Positions 57,265 through 64,000 of a DNA stretch of 64,000 nucleotides are shown piece by piece; positions within the stretch are counted from its first letter, which is position 1, and the number at the start of each line of letters is the position of its first letter. The stretch is from an uncultured Phycisphaerales bacterium (lineage in GTDB: Bacteria > Planctomycetota > Phycisphaerae > SM23-33 > FEN-1343). The stretch covers positions 4,729 through 68,728 of the forward strand of contig CAWAWB010000025.1 in NCBI GenBank assembly GCA_963785635.1, given 5' to 3'. The notes under the pieces are model-generated. The model was given only the letters and a program-made list of their open reading frames with translations. It searched no databases and was not told the DNA's origin. Made by a program: the position numbers and the translations under genes.

Positions 57265-58715
57265 ATGCCCGATACCTTCGATCCTTATCAAACAAACGCC
57301 CTCTTCGATCGTCACCGCGCCCGCTGGCAGCTCGGAGCTGGATGTCAGCGAGTTCACCCTCGATGTGGTGCGCTCGGGCGCCTATCTCGACCGCTTTTCC
57401 GAAAGCGAGCACGGAGCAGGACTATGCCTATCGCCTCTCCATGTCCTGCCCGCTGGATATGTGCCGCGACGGCGTCCGCATCCGCGTCGATAATCTCTGG
57501 CGCACCGCCCCGCAGCGGATCATTCGCGACGGCCGCTATGCCGGTCTGCTCCGCTTCCTGGTCGCCGACGCCGATGGCGAAGGCGCCAGTCTCGATGAAT
57601 TCATGCGCCAGGCCTGCTGGGATATGTACGTCACCGGCTGCGACATCGTCACCCAGGAAACCGCCGCCGATTCCTCCCGCATCTTCACCCGCGCCGATCA
57701 GCGCACGGCGGGCGTTCGCCCCTATTTCCTCCGCTTCAATCCTCTCCAGCGCCCCGACTGGGCGGTGACGGGTTCCGGGCATTTCGCCTGGGCCCGTTAC
57801 TGCCTGGGCGCCAAACCCGCCGCGGATGAGCGCGACGATGCTGCCGCCGCCGAGGTCCGCTTCCTCACCATCGCTGGCGATCGCTGGCGATTATGGTCCG
57901 CCAAAACCGCCTCGGCCGGCGTGCGCACCGTGCAATTAATCGCCCAGGGCGCTAATCCCCTCGGCCGACCGCCGATCACCAAGCTGTATTTCTCCGAAAG
58001 CCGCAAGGCGGGGCAGGGCGGCGTGCCGCTCTCGCTTTTGACGCGACCGGCACTCGTTGCCCGCGCGGCCCTCAATCTAAAAAGTCAGGCCGATGCCGAC
58101 CTCCTCGCCGCCGTGACGCGCTGGACGATCTCCGGCGCAGAAGGCGACGAGCTGCCCGATTGCTACGGCCCCGGCGTGGTCTGGAAGCTCTCTAATCCCG
58201 ATGCCCGCCTCCAGATCGCCCAGGGCGATGTGGCCCACATCGCCGAAAAACGCCAGTGGCTCGTGCTGTACCTGGCCGAGATCCTTCGCCTCCTCAAATT
58301 CCGCGGCGGCATGGCCGACATCGATGCCTCCGCCGGCTCCGGCCTGCGCCTCGCCCTGGAGCGCACCGATCTGGATAACGAACTGCGGGCCACCGCCGCG
58401 CAGCTTGAAGCCGCCGAACTGGAGATGATGCGCCAGGCCGTCAGCCTCTCCACCGGCCGCGTCATTCCCCCCGAGCGCGCCGCCGAGGAACTGGGCTATC
58501 AGGTCAATTACAACCGCGATTACGTCCTGGCCCCCGTCGCCGAAATGCTCGACAACATGGGCCGTTGGCTGCAAAACTGCTCCGCCATCGCCGGCGATGT
58601 GAAGGAAATCTCCCGCGAAATGGCCCGCCAACTCACCAACCTCCTCATGCGCGACGGCAGCGACGCCTATCGCATCGCCATGGACCAGATCGATGAAGCG
58701 CCGCTGGATCAGTGA
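57265..58715 (+). CDS. Phage portal protein (DUF4055-like), at least 2 apparent frameshifts (~57325, ~57405)
   Basis: 'MPDTFDPYQTNALFDRHRARWQL', 'ELDVSEFTLDVVRSGAYLDRF' and 'TEQDYAYRLSMSCPLDMCRDGVRIRVDNLWRTAPQRII...' lie in three frames. About 480 aa. Positioned between terminase and scaffold. Confidence 0.65.
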
Positions 58716-58802
58716 ATTACAAATTACAAAGTACAAGTGACAAATTAGAGAAGAGTCTCGAATAGGCCGTAATTTGTAACTTGTAATTTGTACTTTGTAA
58801 TT
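58716..58802. repeat. TTACAAA-word quasi-periodic inverted repeat
   Basis: 'aattacaaattacaaagtacaagtgacaaatta' ... 'taatttgtaacttgtaatttgtactttgtaatt'. Confidence 0.85.
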
Positions 58803-58817
58803 CCATGGAGTTATTTC

Positions 58818-59648
58818 ATGCCCAATGAAGATGTAAATACTAATTCCCCGGCCGGACGGTCAGATTTAGATTCAACCATAGATGCTGCCCCGGCCGCCGC
58901 GCCGGTTCAGCCCCCCGCACAAACGGATAGCCCGGACGGGCAATCAACCGCTTCGCGCGAGCTGGTCTCCCGCGAAGAATTGGACAAGGCCATCAAGGAA
59001 CGCCAGGCCGCCAAGCTCCGCGCACGCAATGCGGAGGCCAAACTGGCCCAGCTTCAAGAACAACTGAAACATGCCGCAGACCCTCAGCCCGTGGAATCTG
59101 AAGCCGCCGAATCAAGTGATTCTGTAACTGAAGCAGCAGCCGCCGCCGAATCGGATGACTCGGCTCAGCAGCAGTTGCAGCAAAAACTCTCTGCTACCCA
59201 GGAGCAACTGGCTCACCTGCTGCGTGACCGGGAACTACACGCCGCGGCGGTAGCCGCTGGCGCAATAAATCCCGAGCAAATAGTGGCCCTCCTGGCTCAC
59301 CGCGTGCGCATGGTCGAGCAGGAAGATGGGCAATTCTCGCCCCAATTCCTGGATGACCGCGGCCGCGCCGCCGTCGATGGGGCCGGAAAGCCCATCGACG
59401 CCGAAACCTTCGTACGTTCCTATTTGTCGCAGCCGCAAAATGCCAACCTTGTCCGCGCCACATCGGCCGGCGGGTCGGGCGCCCGCCTGGCAGGACTTCC
59501 CGGCCAGGTCTCAGGCCTTCCCCAGACCCTGGCCGATTTCAACTCCCTGCCGCCCTCCGAGCGCCGCCAGGCAGCCCTGCGCCTCTCACGCGCAGAGCGA
59601 CAGGCGCTCCTGGGCCTGCCTGGCGCCGACCGAGTAGGCTATCTGTAA
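58818..59648 (+). CDS. Phage scaffolding-type protein (coiled coil, acidic)
   Basis: Located between portal and capsid. Long helical charged segments ('ELDKAIKERQAAKLRARNAEAKLAQLQEQLK'). The call rests on position and composition. Confidence 0.5.
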   Translation: MPNEDVNTNSPAGRSDLDSTIDAAPAAAPVQPPAQTDSPDGQSTASRELVSREELDKAIKERQAAKLRARNAEAKLAQLQEQLKHAADPQPVESEAAESSDSVTEAAAAAESDDSAQQQLQQKLSATQEQLAHLLRDRELHAAAVAAGAINPEQIVALLAHRVRMVEQEDGQFSPQFLDDRGRAAVDGAGKPIDAETFVRSYLSQPQNANLVRATSAGGSGARLAGLPGQVSGLPQTLADFNSLPPSERRQAALRLSRAERQALLGLPGADRVGYL

Positions 59649-59651
59649 CTA

Positions 59652-59846
59652 GGCTGGAGGCCGGAGGCCGGAGACTGGAGCAGAGGCAACAATCCTTTCG
59701 GCGCCAGCGACACCGCTTCGGCTTAAAGCCGCATCTTACTTTCATTTTGAGGCCCAGAGGCAAAGATCGGGCGGTGAAACACCGGCAAATTCCCTCGTAA
59801 GTATTCGGGCTGTTTCTCCAGCCTCCGGTCTCCAGCCTCCAGCCTC
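59652..59846. repeat. CTGGAGG/CCGGAGG-word quasi-periodic inverted repeat
   Basis: Left arm 'ggctggaggccggaggccggagactggagcagagg'. Right arm 'tctccagcctccggtctccagcctccagcctc'. The right arm ends ~20 nt before the capsid ATG. Confidence 0.85.
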
Positions 59847-59867
59847 TTTCAAAGGAGTTTTCTTCAT

Positions 59868-60725
59868 ATGTCCCAAACCAACACCACCACTCTTCAATAC
59901 TCTCTTCCCACCGAGCACATCGTCGCCGCGGTCGTGCAGGAGGCGCGCCCCTACAACGTGTGCGCGCCCCTGGTGCTCAATGACATCCTGCCGCGCGGCG
60001 GCGGCAAGACCTGGCAGAAGGTGATCCTGCCCACCACCACCGCCGCGGCCGTGGGTGAAACGGCCGATATTTCCGCCGGCGCCCGCACCGTCACCCGCGC
60101 TTATACGGAAATCGGCGAAGTCGGCCTGTCCACCGAGCTGACCCGCCTGGCCGAGGAAACCAGCCAGCTCGCCAACCAGGTGCTCCTGTGGGCCGAGAGC
60201 CAGGGCCGCGCCATCGCCCAGAAGGTGACCGCGGACCTCTGCGCCCTCTTCCCCGATCTGGGCTCCGGCGCCATCGGCACCTCCGGCCAGAACATCACCG
60301 TCAATGATTTCGTCGAGGCCATGTACACGCTGGATAACGCCAATGCCCCGGGGCAGAAGCGCTGCGTCCTGCACCCGCGCCAGGTGGCCGATCTGTTCTC
60401 CGCCCTCTCCGGCGTCTACCAGAGCCTGCCTGAGCTCATTCGCTCGGGCATCCTGCCCGAGGGCCAGCCCGCGGCCGGCTTTGTGGGCCAGCTCTTCGGC
60501 GTCCCCATTTACCAGACCACCGAGGTGGACCTGGTCAATACCAACGCCGACCGCTGCGGCTGCATGTTCGTGCCCGAGGCCCTGGCCTTCATCCAGCTTC
60601 GGCCCATCACCGTCGAGTACGACTACGACGCCTCCAAGCGCGCCCGCGAGATCGTCGTCACCGCCGCCTACGGCGTGGCCGAGGTCGTCGGCTCCTACGG
60701 CGTGCCCATCGCCACGGACGCGTAG
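59868..60725 (+). CDS. Phage major capsid protein (HK97-fold type, family not resolved)
   Basis: 285 aa, immediately after the scaffold. Strong 'aaaggag' RBS. Composition and length are typical of small major capsid proteins. No cleavage or protease gene was seen. Confidence 0.7.
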   Translation: MSQTNTTTLQYSLPTEHIVAAVVQEARPYNVCAPLVLNDILPRGGGKTWQKVILPTTTAAAVGETADISAGARTVTRAYTEIGEVGLSTELTRLAEETSQLANQVLLWAESQGRAIAQKVTADLCALFPDLGSGAIGTSGQNITVNDFVEAMYTLDNANAPGQKRCVLHPRQVADLFSALSGVYQSLPELIRSGILPEGQPAAGFVGQLFGVPIYQTTEVDLVNTNADRCGCMFVPEALAFIQLRPITVEYDYDASKRAREIVVTAAYGVAEVVGSYGVPIATDA

Positions 60726-60794
60726 TTGTAAAACCTCTCCGCAGGCGGCGCCCGCGCTAGGGATTGCTATATGCGTCCCGGCGCGGGGCCGCCC

Positions 60795-60877
60795 AAATTT
60801 ACAATTTACAATTGACAATTTACAAATTGGGAGCGACGTCCTTCCTCTAATTGTCAATTGTAAATTGTAAATCAATT
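60795..60877. repeat. AATTTACA-word quasi-periodic inverted repeat
   Basis: 'aaatttacaatttacaattgacaatttacaaatt' ... 'taattgtcaattgtaaattgtaaatcaatt'. The central 24 nt are exactly complementary. Confidence 0.9.
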
Positions 60878-60906
60878 GATGTGGATACACCTCTATTGGA
60901 GTAATC

Positions 60907-61524
60907 ATGCCTGATAAACAGTATGAACTTATGCCGGCTGAGACTCAGCAGGTCGAGGAATTGAAATCCCGCATCGCCCGCCACGGCGGCCTGTTCGCCT
61001 GCGATGAGGCGGGGGAGCTGCTGCTGGATGTGGCCGGCCGGCCCTCGCCCCTGGAATACTTCATCCTGCGCACGCGGCGATTCCTCATCGACCACGCCGG
61101 CCAACTCTGGCGCCTCTTCGGCGAGGGCTCGCGCAAAAACCCCAGCGCCCCCGATGGCGGCGGGGCCCCCTGGCGCAACAATCGCATCGAAATGTGGAAC
61201 GGCCGCTGGCGAAAGGTGAAGGATCCGAACGGCCAGGTGAAATATGAAAAGGCCCTCACCAGCCGGCCCATCGATAAGCGGATCAACGGCCAGCCGGGCA
61301 TCTCCCAGATCGATTTCTACCGCAGCCGCGGCTATCGCCATCCCTTCGATGAGCCGCACCAGCCTTCGCCCCAGGAAGTCGCTGCCCTGAACGCGCCCAA
61401 ACAGCGGGGGGATTTCTCTTCGCCGCCGCAGCACCTCGCCGCCGAGTCGTTGCCATTGCAGCCGGCAAAAGCAAACAGTGGAAGCGCTCCCTCCAACGGG
61501 ACTAAACACACGCCCAAAGACTGA
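60907..61524 (+). CDS. Hypothetical phage protein
   Basis: 205-aa ORF after the capsid gene. 'ggag' lies upstream of the ATG. No motif recognised. Confidence 0.5.
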   Translation: MPDKQYELMPAETQQVEELKSRIARHGGLFACDEAGELLLDVAGRPSPLEYFILRTRRFLIDHAGQLWRLFGEGSRKNPSAPDGGGAPWRNNRIEMWNGRWRKVKDPNGQVKYEKALTSRPIDKRINGQPGISQIDFYRSRGYRHPFDEPHQPSPQEVAALNAPKQRGDFSSPPQHLAAESLPLQPAKANSGSAPSNGTKHTPKD

Positions 61525-61621
61525 TCAGCCGCATAGCGGCGAAAGATTCCAGGCCGGGGCGGCAGCCCCGGCAATCCATCGCATAAGATTTGGAGCCCCG
61601 GAGGGGCGGCACAACATTTCT

Positions 61622-61780
61622 ATGTCCCTTGATCGAAAAACAGTGGAGCGCACTGCCGGCCTGCACATCCGCCAGTTGCAACAGTTTCGCTCAGTCAGTG
61701 AAAAAGAGAAAACCGACATCCGCCGTGTGCACGAACGCGCGGCCATGAAGGTCCAACGCAAGGCCGAGAATCATGAATAG
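61622..61780 (+). CDS. Small hypothetical protein (52 aa)
   Basis: ATG at 61622 is preceded by 'ggagg'. Basic, helical sequence. Weak support. Confidence 0.3.
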   Translation: MSLDRKTVERTAGLHIRQLQQFRSVSEKEKTDIRRVHERAAMKVQRKAENHE

Positions 61781-61818
61781 AGAATTCCCATTGGCGCCGT
61801 ATCTGCGGCTCTTGTCTT

Positions 61819-61866
61819 CAGGTCCCGTAGGGACCGTAAAAATGTAGCCCAGCACTTCAGTGCTGG
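61819..61866. repeat. ~48-nt double-hairpin element (copy 2)
   Basis: 'caggtcccgtagggaccgtaaaaatgtagcccagcacttcagtgctgg'. About 44/48 identical to 54765-54813, in the same orientation. Confidence 0.8.
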
Positions 61867-61939
61867 ATAACATGTCCCCCGTATAATAGAGTGCCGTAGG
61901 CACGGCACAAAACGTGGGATTAACAAGACCTGAACTGTA

Positions 61940-61988
61940 TTTCTTTGTGACCTTCGTGCCTTTGTGGCCTTTGTGTTGCTCTTTCTCC
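61940..61988. repeat. CTTTGTG-family repeat copy inside the phage module
   Basis: 'tttctttgtgaccttcgtgcctttgtggcctttgtgttgctctttctcc'. It ends 28 nt before the ATG at 62016. Confidence 0.85.
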
Positions 61989-62015
61989 ACAGCAAAAAAA
62001 CCAACCGGAGTCCCC

Positions 62016-62312
62016 ATGATAGACACAGGAATTGACAACCCCGCCTGCGGCCGCGTGGCCATCACCACCAGCTCGCAAACCATCGACCTGGGCGCTCATC
62101 GCCGACAGGTCCGCGTCTGGCTCGATAAAGGCGCCGCCGATGTGTACATCTCGCTGGATCCTTCCAGCCCCTTTACGGTCGCCGCCTCGGACAGTTTTCC
62201 CAAAATCGACGATTCCGTGGCTTACGCGCGGGCCGTGGCATTCCCCGGCACGCACTACATCCACTTCATCGGCGTCGCCGCCACCGGCAAACTGAACTAC
62301 GAAGCCTGGTGA
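62016..62312 (+). CDS. Hypothetical phage protein (98 aa)
   Basis: ATG at 62016 (MIDTGIDNP...). Beta-rich composition. The upstream part of ORF 61914 lies in the repeat. Confidence 0.5.
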   Translation: MIDTGIDNPACGRVAITTSSQTIDLGAHRRQVRVWLDKGAADVYISLDPSSPFTVAASDSFPKIDDSVAYARAVAFPGTHYIHFIGVAATGKLNYEAW

Positions 62313-62393
62313 AGCCACATTTGTCTACCTCCCATTTCCGATTGATGTTTGGAATGCGGTTTGGATTTGGGTTCGCAATTTGGGATTTAAATT

Positions 62394-63632
62394 ATGCAAC
62401 GAGAATTCGAAACTTTAGCGCCCCTGTCGCCTCTGTCCGTCGCCTCCGCCGCGCGCTTGTCCGGCGGGCCTTTCAGCTTCGCCGATGCGGATCACACCCA
62501 TAAAACCGGCACGTTCCTCATGGCCGGCTACACCATGGCCACCAACTCCATGAAGGTCTTCCGGTCCTGCGACGGCATCAATTTTGGGTATTATAATTAC
62601 GACTGGTACGGCGCCGGCCCCGGCGAATTGGTGCGCGATCCCGACATCATCAAGCACAATGGCCGCTGGCTGCTCACCTTCACCTCCAATTTGGGCAATT
62701 CCACCAACGATATTCCCATCTTCTGGTCCAAGGATCTGCACGCGTGGACCCTGCTCACGCGCATTGCCCTGCCCGCCGGCAAGACCCGCTGCTGGGCGCC
62801 GCAGTGGTTCGTCGACAACGACGACTCGGTGCACATCATCGCCACGATGTCCGACGACAGCTTGACCCCGCAGGTCCCGTACGAAACGCACGCCTCGGAC
62901 ATGCGCCTTCTGGCCTGGTCCACCCCCGCGGCGATCACCGGCACGGGTTTTCCCACGCGCATGTATGATCCCTTCATCATCCGCTACGCAAACACCCATT
63001 ACATGTTTTACGTGCACTACAATGTGCCTGGCGATCCCCTGTACGGCACGTTGGAATATCAGGTGGAGCGGGCCACATCCCTGTCGCTCACTGGCGGCTA
63101 CACGGTAACCCACACCGGCGATTTTGCCGGCTGGGGCAAGGCCGAAGGCCCGTGCATCGTGCCCTACGATTTCGCGCACCCCACGTACTGGCGCGCCTAT
63201 TTCGATAAAACCTCCGACGGCGACACCCACTACAGTGAATCTACTGATTACGGCATCACCTGGACGCCACCCGTGCAGGTCAGCAGGCCTTCTCCCATGA
63301 ATCATGTCACGGTGCGAAACCTCCTGGCGCCTGACCATAATCTGGCGCTCGATGGCCAGGATGTGAACGCCGCGCCCACAGTCATCAACGGCAGCACCTC
63401 CGGCGCCATGACCTGCTCCATGCCCATTCAGGGGTCCGCCTTGAAGCGCGTAATGATTCGCCTGGCCGGTTTTCAAAGTACCGCCAAAACCTGGGTCTTT
63501 CCCACGCCGTTCTGCGCACCGCCCGTCGCCAGTTTTGGCGGCAATGAAAACGTAGCGGTCACACCCACCCAAGTCACCGTTACCTCCAGCGCCGCGCCCA
63601 CGGATGATTTCATCTGTCTGGACGGATTCTAA
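62394..63632 (+). CDS. Five-bladed beta-propeller glycoside hydrolase-like protein (GH43-like); putative tail/depolymerase
   Basis: Blade motifs 'VRDPDIIKHNGRWLLTF', 'CWAPQWFVDNDDSVHII', 'MYDPFIIRYANTHYMFYV' and 'AEGPCIV' give the D / D / E pattern of GH43-type propellers. A ~110-aa C-terminal extension follows. Confidence 0.55.
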   Translation: MQREFETLAPLSPLSVASAARLSGGPFSFADADHTHKTGTFLMAGYTMATNSMKVFRSCDGINFGYYNYDWYGAGPGELVRDPDIIKHNGRWLLTFTSNLGNSTNDIPIFWSKDLHAWTLLTRIALPAGKTRCWAPQWFVDNDDSVHIIATMSDDSLTPQVPYETHASDMRLLAWSTPAAITGTGFPTRMYDPFIIRYANTHYMFYVHYNVPGDPLYGTLEYQVERATSLSLTGGYTVTHTGDFAGWGKAEGPCIVPYDFAHPTYWRAYFDKTSDGDTHYSESTDYGITWTPPVQVSRPSPMNHVTVRNLLAPDHNLALDGQDVNAAPTVINGSTSGAMTCSMPIQGSALKRVMIRLAGFQSTAKTWVFPTPFCAPPVASFGGNENVAVTPTQVTVTSSAAPTDDFICLDGF

Positions 63633-63655
63633 GCCGGCCGGGAGGCCGGCGAAAT

Positions 63656-63753
63656 GGCTATTTGGTGTTTTGACTTTTTGCCTGTTTGGAAAAGAAGCTG
63701 GAGGATCTGCCTCCAAACACCAAATAGTCAAATAGCCAAAACACCAAACAGCC
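63656..63753. repeat. TTTGGTG-word quasi-periodic inverted repeat
   Basis: 'ggctatttggtgttttgactttttgcctgtttgg' ... 'ccaaacaccaaatagtcaaatagccaaaacaccaaacagcc'. It is preceded by the small hairpin 'gccggccgggaggccggc'. Confidence 0.85.
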
Positions 63754-63778
63754 AAAAGCGAGCGAAGCGAGCTATCTA

Positions 63779-64000
63779 ATGAGATTATCCCAAACCTCCA
63801 CAACCTGCTGCCTCATCCTCCGCGAGCCGGCCGCGCTTGCCCCCGTAACCGGCCTGGCCAGCGCCGACGCCTCCATCGGATACGTCCGCCCAGGCGCCGC
63901 GGCCGCCTGGAATAACGCCGCCGCGCTCGCCTCGCCCACCGATGCGTTTACCGCCAATGGTTTTATCGAAGTGGATGCGGCCAATCTCCCCGGTGTGTAT
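63779..64000 (+). CDS. Hypothetical phage protein, 3' end outside window
   Basis: ATG at 63779. The frame stays open to the window end (MRLSQTSTTCCLILREPAALAPVTGLASADASIGYVRPGAAAAWNNAAA...). It is not in the ORF track because no stop lies within the window. Confidence 0.4.
   Translation, partial: MRLSQTSTTCCLILREPAALAPVTGLASADASIGYVRPGAAAAWNNAAALASPTDAFTANGFIEVDAANLPGVY

Noticed and set aside
59868-60725. Encapsulin shell protein instead of phage capsid (size ~285 aa, HK97-like expectation).
   Set aside because: It is flanked by portal, scaffold and terminase genes on the same strand. No cargo-type enzyme with a targeting peptide is adjacent.

Overview
High-GC bacterial chromosomal segment. 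Hand counts of single 60-nt lines give about 70% GC in housekeeping genes. The host is a diderm (BamD-like and LptE-like lipoproteins, YidC, HDOD/GGDEF signalling, an RRM protein). It has a PVC-like flavour, but taxon cannot be determined from the sequence alone. Core genes: bamD-like, lptE-like, ftsH, folP, cdaA with a YbbR-like partner, proA, hpt, a TPP-dependent keto-acid decarboxylase, an AI-2E permease, NAD salvage (pncB-pncA-NUDIX), an alkA-like glycosylase, a B12-radical-SAM enzyme, an rlmL-like methyltransferase, HDOD plus HDOD-GGDEF, yidC, a sugar isomerase/oxidoreductase cluster, rex, a rhomboid protease, GT-C glycosyltransferases, tRNA-Leu(CAA) and tRNA-Val(TAC). Accessory content: (i) A ~5 kb low-GC islet (8.3-13.3 kb) encodes a 1,497-aa SF1 helicase / PD-(D/E)xK nuclease fusion, translationally coupled to a 124-aa acidic protein. 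This is the best candidate for an uncharacterised defence-type module. (ii) A tRNA-Leu-adjacent islet carries a GIY-YIG gene and an internally duplicated secreted protein bracketed by ~215-bp direct repeats. (iii) An integrase-less excisionase-like mini-module. (iv) A phage head-morphogenesis module (terminase, portal, scaffold, capsid, GH43-like propeller) whose left edge is cut by an IS4-family transposase fragment. Intergenic DNA is unusually structured. It contains families of quasi-periodic (7-9 nt unit) inverted-repeat hairpins, a set of short perfect GC hairpins, and several operator-like arrays. About 15 frameshifts sit at short homopolymers, including in ftsH and folP. This argues for assembly indel errors rather than pseudogenes, so split genes are annotated as single CDSs.
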